Numbered from the stretch's first letter, positions 23,871 through 35,766 are shown. The stretch: DNA of 64,000 nucleotides from Mustelus asterias (GCF_964213995.1 NW_027590140.1:62001-126000), one strand, 5' to 3'. Notes: generated by a model not told the origin, from the sequence alone. Made by a program: numbers and translations.

Positions 23871-24417
23871 ATGTTTCTGATCTTCCTGGCGGCACTCTTG
23901 CACGGTAAGCACTGGGTAACGTACATCAAGCCAGATAAACACATTAGATGGTAATATAATTAACCATCACAATTATCGATGTGAGGGGTGAATGGGGGTG
24001 GGGGAGGTGGGGGTGGGGGTGGGGGAGGTGGGGGTGGGGGGTGGGGGGGGGAGGGGCGGGTGCTGCAGAAACAATCGCAGATACAAACATTAACTCTTGA
24101 TATTTCATTCCTCTACCTTCACAGGCGGACTGTGCGCAGATCCAGTAGCACAGTCATCGCTGCCAATAACCGCATCAGAAGGGGATTCAGTGCAGTTGGG
24201 TTGTGAATATACAGACAAGAATATGTACAGCATGCAATGGTATCAGCAGAAACCGACACAACCAGCGACATGGATTATTACCAAAGCATTAACAGTGAAG
24301 GAAGATGACGTTTCAGGACGATATCTGGCGGCTTCTGACGCGTCTAAACAGAACGGTTACCTCAATATAAGCACCCTCAGAGTGCAGGACGGGGCGGTCT
24401 ATTACTGTGCAGTGAGG
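23871..24417 (+). CDS. TRAV: TCR alpha/delta variable gene segment, apparently functional (leader 23871-23904; V exon 24125-24417)
   Basis: MFLIFLAALLH(G)GLCADPVAQS...VQLGCEY...MQWYQQKP...LNISTLRVQDGAVYYCAVR; GT-AG phase-1 intron; open frame. Confidence 0.92.
23985..24060 (+). repeat. G-rich tract (GGGGGT/GGGGGAGGT repeats) in the V leader intron
   Basis: More than 10 runs of G3 or longer in about 75 nt. Confidence 0.9.
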
Positions 24418-24456
24418 CACAGCGTTAGATTAAAGCTAAAACCCCGTACAAAAACC
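24418..24456 (+). promoter_or_regulatory. 23-RSS
   Basis: CACAGCG, 23 nt spacer, ACAAAAACC (consensus nonamer). Confidence 0.95.
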
Positions 24457-24766
24457 TTAGCGAGTATTTACAACTCCATTCAGTTTCCTCCTGCGCGAAT
24501 GGTTTGACCCGGCTTCAAGAAGACAGTCATTTCTATTTAGGGTAGAGCCGACGGGATGATTGGATACCACCTGAAAACTCTGTCAGCAATAAGCCAATAA
24601 GCAGATGGTGTTATCTAATATTCTCTTGATTCTCGATCCAGTGATCTCAGCTCTTCCTCCCATTGATTCTGTAGGATGTGACATCCACTGCTCTCAGCTT
24701 TATCTCGTTCGATATTCTGCAACTTTCGGAGACACAAGTCCCTGGAATCCACGAGCAGCAGCAGCG

Positions 24767-25689
24767 ATGCGGAGCTCCCTTCTCGCTGTTTTCTGGGTGA
24801 CATTCATTGTCGGTAAGAAGTTTGAAACTTGAAAAAGAGTAAAAGGGAGTTTAATTTATGGAGGAAGAAGTTTGAAAAGCAGGACTTTCGTGTTAAACAA
24901 GTATTAGACCTGCCTTAGAGCACAAATGAATCTTTGTTTGTGGCTTTGGTCTTTTGGAGAACAGGTTCTAAAAGCGCACAGCAAAGGCGATTTAAAGAGA
25001 TGGTCCCAGGGTTGGAAGATGAGAGCTATCAGAAAGCATTATAAAAATTATGATTACTCTCTCTCTCTGGACGAGAAGACGATCAGGTAATCTGACTGAT
25101 TTCTGGACAATGATGATCAAATCAATTTAAATAATAATAAAGCAAATCAAAGAGATTTAGTGTGCTGGACGGGGAGAGGATGATTCCATCTGGGGAGAAT
25201 TACATATCTGTGTCCCATAAATCTAAGTGTAACAAAAAGATCAACTGGGAATTACAGAGAAACTTTTTTTGAAAGAGTTCTGTGGAAGTGACTCACACTG
25301 ACACAATGAACTGTTGAGGAGAGGAGTAACGATGCATTTGAGGGCAAACTAGAGAACCCGCTGAGGTAGAAAGGGATAGAGGTATTTGAGATGAGGCAGG
25401 AGGGAGGATTCTCCGAGGGATTGTGAAAGGGGACATAGATCAGTTGGAGTGAATGTGTTAGAATTTAATACCTTCTTTTATGTTGCACTGATTTTTCACC
25501 CTCGCTTCAAGTGAACTTTTAATCAATGACTTTTGTTTGTTAACCTTGTGTTCTCGGTCTGAACGATGGAGATTCTGTTACTCGGCGGGAATCCTCACTC
25601 ACACAGACAGAGTGAGAAGATGTCACTTTAATCTGCACCTATACCGACGATGCTTATTATTTATTCTGGTGTTGTCAATACCCAGGCAG
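24767..25689 (+). pseudogene. TCR V pseudogene truncated in FR2 (leader 24767-24812; V fragment 25557-25689)
   Basis: Leader MRSSLLAVFWVTFIV(G)|GTAAGA; acceptor AG changed to CG; [28 protein letters not shown]...FW..QYPG, then an abrupt join to CR1. Confidence 0.8.
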
Positions 25690-26760
25690 ACATCCCTCCA
25701 AACTATCCACAACACCATCAACTTTTGTGTCGTCGGCAAACTTACCAACCCATCCCTCCACTTCCTCATCCAGTCATTTATGAAAATGACAAACAGCAAG
25801 GGTCCCAGAACAGATCCCTGGGGCAATCCACTGGTGACCGACCTCCATTCAGAAAAAGACCCATCTACAACTACTCTCTGCCTTCTGCAGGCAAGCCAGT
25901 TCTGGATCCACAAGGCAACAGCCCCTTGGATCCCATGCCCTCTCACTTTCTCGAGAAGTCTTGCATGGGGGACCTTATCGAATGCCTTGCTGAAGTCCAT
26001 GTAAACCACATCTACCGCTTTTCCTTCGTCAATGTGTTCAGTCACATTTTCAAAGAACTCCACCAGGCTCGTAAGACACAATTTGCCTTTGACAAAGCCG
26101 TGCTGACTATGTTTGAGCATCCTAAACTTCTCTAAATGTTCATAAATCCTGTCCCTCAGGATTTTCTCCATCAACTTACCAACCACTGAGGTTAGACTCA
26201 CCAGTCGGTAATTTCCTGGGCTATCCCTATTCCCTTTCTTCAATATAGGAACCACATCCGCAATCCTCCAGAACCTCTCCCGTCTCCATCGATGATGCAA
26301 AGATCATCGCCAGAGGCTCTGCAGTCTCTTCCCTCGCCTCCCACAGTAACCTGGGGTACATCCCACCCGGTCCCAGCAACTTATCTATCTTGATGCTATT
26401 CAAAATTTCTAACACATCCTCTTTCTTAATGTCCTCATACTCAATCTTTTCAGTCCACCTCAATCCTGTAGTACAACCACCCAGGTCTTTTTCCACTGTG
26501 AATACCGAGGTAAAATATTCATTAAGCACCTCTGCTATTTCTTCCAGTTCTGTACAGACTTTCTCACCTTCACATTTTATAGGTCCTATTCCTTCACATC
26601 TCATCCTTTTACTCTTCACATATTTATAGAACGCCTCAGGGTTCTCCTTAATCTTACCTGCCAAGGCCTTCTCGTGACCGCTTCTTGCTCTCCTAATTTC
26701 TTTCTTAAGTCCCTTCCTACAAGCCGTATACTCATCTAGATCCCTACCATTGCCTAGCTC
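25690..26760 (-). mobile_element. CR1 internal ORF2 fragment (no 3' tail)
   Basis: ORFs 26227-26889 and 25623-26300: [23 protein letters not shown]. Confidence 0.9.
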
Positions 26761-27339
26761 TCTTTTATGAACTCTCTGAATATTCAATTCAGAATGAGGA
26801 GATGCATAATAAATAAATGTATTGATGTTAAATGTTGAATAATGAAACAAATACCGAGTAAAATAGATTGACAATGATGCATTTACCACAGAGGCTCATT
26901 TTCAGTTTTTGTTTCAGATTCCAGCATCCACAGTTTTTTGCTTTTATTTATTCGCTCTGACCTGGGCCTCAAAATTCATTCAGGGCGATCGGAAATACTG
27001 GATTTTCATGAGAAGAAAAAGAGGAGCATGTTCTCCAGGAGCACCTGGAGAACGTGCAGACTCCGCACAGGCAGTCACCCAAGCCGAGAAACGAACATGA
27101 GTCCCTGGTGCTATAATGGTTGTCCACAGAGAGAATGTGGACAGCCATTAGCAGTCTTTTCCCCTGGTTTCTGTGGCTATGGCTCATCTTTAATTCCCTC
27201 ACCCTGCAGTATAAATATCTCCCACTTGCTATTTCTTTTTGCTTTGATAAAGGGTCATCTGGACTCAATATTGCAAATATCTCTGACATTAAGTGATGTC
27301 CATCTTTGTGCGGGGCAAACGTGCTCCATTTGGACAGAA

Positions 27340-27760
27340 GGTGAAGTGTCGGAACAGATGTGCCGCTAAAAAAGATGACGACGATGTGGGGGCGGGGCTT
27401 TGGGCGGTGCCCGCAGAACGCTAAGGCGGTTGGGCTTGCACATCCGCATTGGAGCGGGAGTGTTTTGTTGACGGAAATACGCTGCTTCTTCTCTTGATCG
27501 GAATCAGATTTGAAAGGGGGGGACGGTTAACGGTCAGCGGCGTTGTCATGGCTGCAGGGGCGGGGCTTGACAACCGCGCGTGCTGGCACAAGCGGACCCT
27601 GAGCGGCACCAGCAGGTGCGGAGGCCGCGCGGGGAGCCGGGGTCTCGAGTAAGCGACAAGCCGGGTCAGCCCGCCTCTCCCGAGGGGACGCCACCGCACA
27701 CTGGCCCGGGGACGTGGCACCAACCCAAAACTTCCCAACCCCGGGTTTTTCGCGCCTCTT
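27340..27760. promoter_or_regulatory. CpG-island-like promoter of the EMC4 copy
   Basis: Locally GC- and CpG-rich; GC boxes GGGGCGGGGC (about 27389, 27557); CGGAAAT (ETS-like) at about 27472. Confidence 0.65.
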
Positions 27761-28740
27761 TTACCCCTCACCGAGCTCCTGATCACAAAGCAGCCCCTCA
27801 AATCCCCCAGAAACCACTCAGACCCCACTTGGCATCTTTTCCCCAGGTCATGACCCTGAGATGCCATCTTGGTTTCAGCCCCTCCACCTGATCAGGTGCC
27901 AACTGCGGTGGTGGTTGGAGGAACGATTGCTCGGTTCCAGGGCCGGGTGCTGAACTGGATCTCTCTCAATGTCCCGCAGTGTTTGTTTTCAAGATACAAT
28001 TTGGTACTTCTGGTGATTTGTCACTTTGTCCCTAAATGGAGGGCAAGCGGATTGGCACCCTGATTATCAATTCACACTAAATCCACTTCTGCAGCCCTTC
28101 ATTCCCGTGGCAGTTCAGTGGACACAATGGCAGTGTGTGTCTGAGGTTTGCCCAAGCTTTAGTTCATGCTGGCACTATTGCCACCACGTTGGGGTCCTCA
28201 ACAGAGAGACTCCCTCTTTAAAGAAGGTCTTGAAAGGGTGACCAACTTGTGTTTTCTGTTTCTCATAGGAGCCGTGATCAACAGTGTGGCCAGAGAGACT
28301 CCATGTGCCCAGTCGCATATTCGGACAAACAGCTACCGGACATCTGCATCCAAGAAACAGACAGGATCCTGGTCGAGAAAGTAAGTTGGATTTGAATGTG
28401 TCTTTAGTGTGTGGCTGACAACGCCCCTGGTTTGTCCACGGTGGTGAAGTACCTTGGTGAACCACAGCAGCCTGTGTGTTAAAGGGTTAATGGTGATCCT
28501 TACTTCCAGGCCTGGGTATAAGATCAGCATATGGCCTCCCCTAACCGGCCCCCTTCACTGATACCCTGCTCACTTTCTGTTTTCAGTCCTGCTGGGACAC
28601 CGCCTTGGGCCCATTGAAACAGCTGCCCATGAATCTGTTCATCATGTACATGGCTGGCAACACCATCTCCATCCTCCCTATCATGATGGTGTGCATGATG
28701 GCCTGGAGACCCATACAGGCCTTCATGTCCCTGTCTGCAA
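27548..28740 (+). pseudogene. EMC4: Partial EMC4 (ER membrane protein complex subunit 4/TMEM85) copy: exons 27548-27615, 28269-28380, 28587-28740
   Basis: Spliced open frame ...[28 protein letters not shown]|[51 protein letters not shown]; canonical GT-AG sites; downstream exons not found in the window; several conserved residues changed. Confidence 0.88.
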
Positions 28741-29093
28741 GTGAGTATTGTTTTGAATCTACAGCTCAGAAACAGCTCTGAACCGGCATCACTTGAGTGC
28801 AGCTTAGAATAGAGTTCTGGGAGTTGGGTAATTAACGGAGTTAGGGAAGGAAGGGAAAGAGGTGCCCTTTTGCTTTCTACCTTTCTCAGCATTTAGGAAG
28901 TGATCTTACTCTTCGACAGGAGAAGAAGCCAGATTTTTTGTGAGTATCTGCTAAGTAACTAAGATTTATTCTGTTCCTAAGGATCAAAATAGTATAAGAA
29001 CATAAGAACATAAGAAATAGGAGCAGGAGTAGGCCATCTAGCCCCTCGAGCCTGCCCCGCCATTCAATAAGATCATGGCTGATCTGACGTGGA

Positions 29094-32000
29094 TCAGTAC
29101 CACTTACCCGCCTGATCCCCATAACCCTTAATTCCCTTACCGCTCAGGAATCCATCCATCCGCGCTTTAAACATATTCAGCGAGGTAGCCTCCACCACCT
29201 CAGTGGGCAGAGAATTCCAGAGATTCACCACCCTCTGGGAGAAGAAGTTCCTCCTCAACTCTGTCTTAAACCGACCCCCCTTTATTTTGAGGCTGTGTCC
29301 TCTAGTTTTAACTTCCTTACTAAGTGGAAAGAATCTCTCCGCCTCCACCCTATCCAGCCCCCGCATTATCTTATAAGTCTCCATAAGATCCCCCCTCATC
29401 CTTCTAAACTCCAACGAGTACAAACCCAATCTCCTCAGCCTCTCCTCATAATCCAAACCCCTCATCTCCGGTATCAACCTGGTGAACCTTCTCTGCTCTC
29501 CCTCCAATGCCAATATATCCTTCCTCATATAAGGGGACCAATACTGCACACAGTATTCCAGCTGCGGCCTCACCAATGCCCTGTACAGGTGCATCAAGAC
29601 ATCCCTGCTTTTATATTCTATCCCCCTCGCAATATAGGCCAACATCCCATTTGCCTTCTTGATCACCTGTTGTACCTGCAGACTGGGCTTTTGCGTCTCA
29701 TGCACAAGGACCCCCAGGTCCCTTTGCACGGTAGCATGTTTTAATTTGTTTCCATTGAGATAGTAATCCCATTTGTTATTATTTCCTCCAAAGTGTATAA
29801 CCTCGCATTTCTCAACGTTATACTCCATTTGCCATATCCTCGCCCACTCACTCAGCCTGTCCAAATCTCTCTGCAGATCTTCTCCGTCCTCCACACGATT
29901 CACTTTTCCACTTATCTTTGTGTCGTCTGCAAACTTCGTTACCCTACACTCCGTCCCCGCCTCCAGATCATCTATATAAATGGTAAACAGTTGCGGCCCG
30001 AGTACCGATCCCTGCGGCACGCCACTAGTTACCTTCCTCCAACCGGAAAAACACCCATTTATTCCGACTCTTTGCTTCCTGTCGGATAGCCAGTCCCCAA
30101 TCCACTTTAACACACTACCCCCAACTCCGTGTGCCCTAATCTTCTTCAGCAGCCTTTTATGGGGCACCTTATCAAACGCCTTTTGGAAATCCAAAAACAC
30201 CGCATCCACCGGTTCTCCTCCATCAACCGCCCTAGTCACATCTTCATAAAAATCCAACATGTTCGTCAAGCACGACTTTCCCCTCATGAATCCATGCTGC
30301 GTCTGATTGATCGAACCATTTCTATCCAGATGCCCTGCTATCTCCTCCTTAATAATGGATTCCAGCATTTTCCCTACTACAGACGTTAAGCTGACCGGCC
30401 TATAGTTACCCGCCTTTTGTCTCCTTCCTTTTTTAAACAGCGGCGTAACATTAGCCGTTTTCCAATCAACCGGCACTACCCCAGAATGCAACGAGTTTTG
30501 ATAAATAATCACTAACGCATCCACTATTACCTCTGACATTTCTTTCAATACCCTGGGATGCATTCCATCCGGACCCGGGGACTTGTCCACCTTCAGTCCC
30601 ATTAGTCTACCCAGCACTGCCTCTCTGGTAACATTAATCGTATTAAGTATTTCTCCTGCTGCCAACCCTCTATCGTTAATATTTGGCAAACTATTTGTGT
30701 CCTCCACCGTGAAGACCGACACAAAAAACTTATTTAAAAACTCAGCCATATCCTCATTTCCCACTATTAACTCCCCCCTCTCGTCCTCCAAGGGTCCAAC
30801 ATTCACTCTAGCCACTCTATTCCTTTTTATATATTTATAAAAACTTTTACTATCATTTTTTATATTAATTGCTAGCCTAGCTTCATAGTCTATCCTTCCT
30901 TTCTTTATCGCTTTCTTAGTCTCTCTTTGTTGTTTCTTAAATTTTTCCCAATCACTTGTTTCTCCACTATTTTTGGCCACTCTGTACGCAGCTGTTTTTA
31001 TTTTAATACTCTCCTTTATTTCCTTCGTTATCCACGGCTGGTTCTCCCTTTTCTTACAATCCTTGTTTTTTGCTGGAATATATTTTTGCTGAGAACTGAA
31101 AAGGATCTCCTTAAAAATCCTCCACTGTTCCTCAGCTATCCTACCTGCCAGCCTGCTCTCCCAGTCTACCTTAGCCAATTCATCCCTCATCCTATCATAT
31201 TTCCCTCTGTTCAAACAGAGGACACTGGTTTGAGACCAAACTTTCTCCTCTTCCATCTGAATCAGAAATTCGACCATATTGTGGTCACTAGACCCAAGAG
31301 GGTCCTTCACAATAAGATCCTTAATTCTACCTACCTCGTTACACAATACCAGATCCAAAATAGCTCGTTCCCTCGTCGGTTCCGTAACATGCTGTTCAAG
31401 GAAACTATCCCGACAGCATTCTAAGAACTCTTCCTCCATTCCACCATTACCGACTTGAGTCTGCCAGTCAATGTGCATGTTGAAGTCCCCCATGATTATT
31501 GCCGTTCCGTTTTTACACGCATCCCTTATCTGCTTGTTTATAGTCCTCCCTACCTCAACATTATTATTCGGGGGCCTATATACCACACCTACTAGTATCT
31601 TTCTCCCTCTACTATTCCTCATCTCTACCCATAACGATTCCACGTTTTGTTCCTCAGAGCCTATGTCATCCCTCAGTACTACCCTGATATTATCTCTTAT
31701 TAATAGCGCGACCCCACCACCTTTTCCTTCCTGTCTATTCTTCCTAAACGCCTGATACCCCTGGATATTCATCTCCCAGTCCTGGTCACCTTTCAGCCAC
31801 GTTTCTGTAATGGCCACGAGATCGTACCCACTTGTGCTGATTTGCACCATCAACTCATTCACCTTGTTCCGAATGCTTCGTGCATTCAGGCAAAGTGTCC
31901 TTATTCCAGCTTTTATCTGAACCCGCTTTGATGAGTCGCGAACACCGTCTCCCTCTACTCCCTTATCTAAATTACCGCCTTCATTCACTTGCACCCTCTC

Positions 32001-32099
32001 CTCTACCATTAATTTTGTAATTCCCCTTACCCCTGCATCCTCCCCCCCATCAATTAGTTCCTTGATCCTAGTCAACTCTTCTAGCTCCCCTCCCCCCAA
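29094..32099 (-). CDS. CR1 ORF2: APE endonuclease plus reverse transcriptase (1001 aa, uninterrupted)
   Basis: NARS, ITETW, YRPP, GDFN, LDL and SDH endonuclease motifs; [15 protein letters not shown] and FADD RT motifs. Confidence 0.95.
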   Translation of the reverse strand: MGGGELEELTRIKELIDGGEDAGVRGITKLMVEERVQVNEGGNLDKGVEGDGVRDSSKRVQIKAGIRTLCLNARSIRNKVNELMVQISTSGYDLVAITETWLKGDQDWEMNIQGYQAFRKNRQEGKGGGVALLIRDNIRVVLRDDIGSEEQNVESLWVEMRNSRGRKILVGVVYRPPNNNVEVGRTINKQIRDACKNGTAIIMGDFNMHIDWQTQVGNGGMEEEFLECCRDSFLEQHVTEPTRERAILDLVLCNEVGRIKDLIVKDPLGSSDHNMVEFLIQMEEEKVWSQTSVLCLNRGKYDRMRDELAKVDWESRLAGRIAEEQWRIFKEILFSSQQKYIPAKNKDCKKRENQPWITKEIKESIKIKTAAYRVAKNSGETSDWEKFKKQQRETKKAIKKGRIDYEARLAINIKNDSKSFYKYIKRNRVARVNVGPLEDERGELIVGNEDMAEFLNKFFVSVFTVEDTNSLPNINDRGLAAGEILNTINVTREAVLGRLMGLKVDKSPGPDGMHPRVLKEMSEVIVDALVIIYQNSLHSGVVPVDWKTANVTPLFKKGRRQKAGNYRPVSLTSVVGKMLESIIKEEIAGHLDRNGSINQTQHGFMRGKSCLTNMLDFYEDVTRAVDGGEPVDAVFLDFQKAFDKVPHKRLLKKIRAHGVGGSVLKWIGDWLSDRKQRVGINGCFSGWRKVTSGVPQGSVLGPQLFTIYIDDLEAGTECRVTKFADDTKISGKVNRVEDGEDLQRDLDRLSEWARIWQMEYNVEKCEVIHFGGNNNKWDYYLNGNKLKHATVQRDLGVLVHETQKPSLQVQQVIKKANGMLAYIARGIEYKSRDVLMHLYRALVRPQLEYCVQYWSPYMRKDILALEGEQRRFTRLIPEMRGLDYEERLRRLGLYSLEFRRMRGDLMETYKIMRGLDRVEAERFFPLSKEVKTRGHSLKIKGGRFKTELRRNFFSQRVVNLWNSLPTEVVEATSLNMFKARMDGFLSGKGIKGYGDQAGKWY

Positions 32100-32104
32100 C
32101 CTAT

Positions 32105-32770
32105 CTAGTTTAAATTCTCCCCAGTAGCCTTAGCCAACCTACCGGCCAGGATATTGGTCCCCGTGTGATTCAAGTTCCACCCGTTTTTTGTATACAGATC
32201 TCCCCTGCCCCTAAAGAGGTCCCAATGGTCCAGGAACCTGAATCCCTGCCCCCTGCACCAGTCCCTCAGCCACACATTCATCCTCCACCTCACTCCATTC
32301 CTGCCCTCACCTTCCCGTGGCACAGGCAGTAATCCTGAGATTACTACCTTTGCTTTCCTCTTTCTCAGCTGTCTCCCTAATTCCCTGTACTCCCTTTTCA
32401 TGACCCCTTCTCCCTTCCTACCCACATCAGCGGTACCAATATGTACCGCTACCTCAGGCTCCTCTCCCTCCCACCTCAGGATTTCTGGGACGCGACTAGC
32501 GACATCCTGGATCCCGGCCCCAGGGAGGCAGACCACCATGCGAGAATCCCGCCTACCTCCGCAGAAACGCCTGTCTGTCCCCTTCACCATCGAGTCCCCG
32601 ATTACTACCGCCTTCCTCCTCTTTTCCTTAGCCCTCTGAGTTACAGGGCTGGACTCCACTGCGGAGACACGGCCACTGCTGCTTCCCCCAGGCGGGCTGT
32701 CCCCCGCAGCAGTACTCAAGCAGGAGTACTTGTTGTGCAGGGGCAAATCCACCGGGGTGCTCTCAACCAC
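32105..32770 (-). CDS. CR1 ORF1 C-terminal part (SGNH/GDSL esterase-like domain)
   Basis: VIGDSMV, CLPGA, HIGTAD, VISGLLPVPR motifs. Confidence 0.85.
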   Translation of the reverse strand: MVESTPVDLPLHNKYSCLSTAAGDSPPGGSSSGRVSAVESSPVTQRAKEKRRKAVVIGDSMVKGTDRRFCGGRRDSRMVVCLPGAGIQDVASRVPEILRWEGEEPEVAVHIGTADVGRKGEGVMKREYRELGRQLRKRKAKVVISGLLPVPREGEGRNGVRWRMNVWLRDWCRGQGFRFLDHWDLFRGRGDLYTKNGWNLNHTGTNILAGRLAKATGENLN

Positions 32771-32926
32771 CCTAGCCTTACCCTTATAGCAACAGGTGGT
32801 AAGGTTAATAAAATACTTAAAAACAAAGATAAATTATCATTGGATAAAAGAAATAGTTTATTAGTACACATTCAAGCTGCAGCATTTGGGAGTTCCTGGG
32901 TGTCAGTTTGATCCAGGGCAAACAGG

Positions 32927-33675
32927 CATAGAGGTTTACAGCATGGAAACAGACCCTTCGGCCCAACTTGTCCATGCCACCCTTTTTTTAAAACCCCTGA
33001 GCTCGTCCCAATTGTCCACATTTCGTCCATATTCCTCTATACCCATTTTACTCATGTAACTGTCGAAATGCTTTTTAAAATACAAAATTGTACCCCCCTC
33101 TACTACTACCTCTGGCGGCTGGTTCCAGACACTCACCACCCTCTGCGCAAAACAATTGCCCCTCTGGACACTTTTCTAACTCTCCCCTCTCACCTTAAAC
33201 CTATGCCCTCGAGTTTTAGACTCCCCTACCTTTGGGAAAAGATATTGACTATCTAGCTGACCTATGCCCCTCATTATTTTATAGACCTCTATAACATCAA
33301 CCTCAGCCTCCAAAGCTCCAGAGGAAAAATGCCCCAGTCTATCCAGCCTCTCCTTATAACTCAAACGATCAAGTCTGGTAGCATCCTAGTAAATCTCTTC
33401 TGCACTCTTTCTAGTTTAATAATATCCTTTCTATAATAGGGTGACCAGAACTGTACATAGTATTCCAAGTGTGGCCTTACCAATGTCTTGTACAACTTCA
33501 ACAAGATGTCCCAACTCCTGTATTCAATGTTCTGACCAATGAAACCAAGCATGCCGAATGCCTTATTCTCCACTCTGTCCACCTGTGACTCCACTTTCAA
33601 GGAGCTATGAACATGTACCCTTAGATCTCTTTGTGCTATAACTCTCCCCAACACCTACCATTAACTGAGTAAGTC
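32927..33675 (-). mobile_element. CR1 3' fragment (same subfamily as 819-2054)
   Basis: Near-identical to 830-1575; LYKTLVRPHLEY. Confidence 0.88.
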
Positions 33676-34790
33676 AGACATAGAACATAGAACAGGCCCT
33701 TCGGCCCACGATGTTGTGCCGAGCTTTATCTGAAACAAAGATCAAGCTATCCCACTCCCTATCATCCTGGTGTGCTCCATGTGCCCGCTTAAATGTTCCT
33801 AAAGTGTCTGACTCCACTATCACTGCAGGCAGTCCATTCCACACCCCAACCATTCTCTGCGTAAAGAACCTACCTCTGATATCCTTCCTATATATCCCAC
33901 CATGAACCCTATAGTTATGCCCCCTTGTCATACCTCCATCCACCCGAGGAAATAGTTTTTGAACCTTCACTCTATCTGTCCCCTTCATCATTTTATAAAC
34001 CTCTATAAAGTCTCCCCTCAACCTCCTCCGCTCCAGAGAGAACAGCCCAAGCTCCCTCGACCTTTCCTCAGAAGACTTACCCTTCAAACCAGGCAGCATC
34101 CTGGTAAATCTCCTCTGCACTCTTTCCAGCGCTTCCACATCCTTCTTATAGTGAGGAGACCAGAACTGCACACAATATTCCAAATGTGGTCTCACCAAGG
34201 TCCTGTACAGTTGCAGCATAACCCCACGGCTCTTAAACTCCAACCCCCTGTTAATAAAAGCTAACACACTATAGGCCTTCTTCACAGCTCTATCCATTTG
34301 AGTGGCAACGTTCAGAGATCTGTGGATATGGACCCCAAGATCTCTCTGTTCCTCCACAGTCTTCAGAACCCTACCGTTGACCCTGTAATCCACATTTAAA
34401 TTTGTCCTACCAAAATGAATCATCTCACATTTATCAGGGTTAAACTCCATCTGCCATTTTTCAGCCCAGCTTTGCATCCTATCTATGTCTCTTTGCAGCC
34501 TACAACAGCCCTCCACCTCATCCACTACTCCACCAATCTTGGTGTCTTCAGCAAATTTACTGATCCACCCTTCAGCCCCCTCCTCTCGGTCATTAATAAA
34601 AATCACAAATAGCAGAGGACCAAGCACTGATCCCTGTGGCACTCCGCTCGCAACCTGCCTCCAGTCCTAAAATTTTCCATTCACCACCACCCTCTGTCTT
34701 CGATCAGACAGCCAGATACCTATCCAATCGGCCAACTTTCCCTCTATCCCAACCCCCTTACTTTCATCATAAGCTGACCATGGGGGACAT
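33676..34790 (-). mobile_element. CR1 3' fragment (same subfamily as 48365-51610) abutting the previous CR1
   Basis: ORF 33674-34642 PQGSVLGP...FAEDT; (CATAGAA)n tail on the + strand. Confidence 0.9.
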
Positions 34791-34799
34791 GGGGGACTT

Positions 34800-35497
34800 C
34801 ATCCCACCTGCGCAGACACAAAGTCACTCACACGAATGAGACACTGTTTAAATGATCTGACTGTGGGAGCGGATTCAAAAGCTCTCAGGACCTGGTGTCC
34901 CACCAGCGCATTCACATTGAGGACAGACCGTTCAGCTGCTCTCACTGCACAAAGAGGTTTAAAAGGTCATCCAGCCTGTGGGAACATCAGCGAGTTCACA
35001 CTGGGGAGAGACCATTCCCCTGCTCTGTGTGTGGGAAGGGATTCACTCAGTCATCCAGCCTGCAGAAACACAAAGCCACTCACTCCAAGGAGAGACCCTT
35101 TAAATGCTCTTCTGAGAGCCCGGCTTCAGAAGCTCTCGGGAACTGATGATCCCCGAGCACATTCACACCGGGAGAGGCCGTTCAGCTGCTCTCACTGTTG
35201 AAGGAGGTTTAGAATATCATCAACACTGCTGAAACACCAGTGAGTTCACACCGGGGAGAAACCATTCACCTGCTCGGTGTGTGCGAAAGGATTTACTCGG
35301 TTATCCAGCCTGCCCAGACACAACATCATCACACCCAGGAGAGACCCTTTAAATGTGGGCGTGGCTTCAAAAGCTCTCGGGATCTAATGTCCCACCAGTG
35401 AGTTCACACCAGGCAGAGGCTGGTCACCTGCTCTGACTGGGAAGGGATTCACTCAGTCAGCAAACTTGATGAAACACCAGTGAGTTCACAAGTGATT
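34800..35497 (+). pseudogene. Tandem C2H2 zinc-finger gene remnant (about 8 fingers)
   Basis: [45 protein letters not shown]; repeated HTGE(R/K)PF linkers; several TGA stops and frameshifts. Confidence 0.88.
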
Positions 35498-35588
35498 ACA
35501 GTTCTGGGATTATTCTTGTGAATCTTTCTTGCCCCTTCCCCAGTGCCTCTGTTTCCTTTTCCTAAATGGAGATCACTAATAGAACATT

Positions 35589-35766
35589 TGGGTGGCACGG
35601 TAGCACAGTGGTTAGCACTGCTGCTTCACAGCTCCAGGGACCTTGGTTTGATCCCGGCTCGGGTCACTGTCTGTGTGGAGTTTCCACATTCTCCTCGTGC
35701 CTGTGTGGGTTTCCTCCGGGTGCTCCGGTCTCCTCCCACAGTCCAAAGATGTGCGGGTTAGGTTGA
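35589..35766 (+). mobile_element. HE1-type SINE, 3'-truncated and fused to CR1
   Basis: GGCACGGTAGCACAGTGGTTAGCACTGC...GTGCGGGTTAGGTTGA, then directly CR1 endonuclease sequence. Confidence 0.88.

Larger units (their letters stand above)
28994..32790 (-). mobile_element. Young CR1 LINE, 5'-truncated within ORF1, with intact ORF2
   Basis: (ATAAGAAC)n tail on the + strand at 28994-29018; ORF2 and ORF1 remnant listed separately. Confidence 0.95.

Noticed and set aside
27421-27891. Overlapping 103-148 aa ORFs
   Set aside because: Stop-poor GC-rich CpG island; only EMC4 exon 1 is supported
29295-31755. Many + strand ORFs of 68-165 aa, and their mirrors at 35.8-38.1 kb
   Set aside because: Antisense shadows of CR1 ORF2
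32866-32910. ACATTCAAGCTG (TFKL) as possible EMC4 exon 4
   Set aside because: No AG acceptor at the right position and no similarity beyond three or four residues
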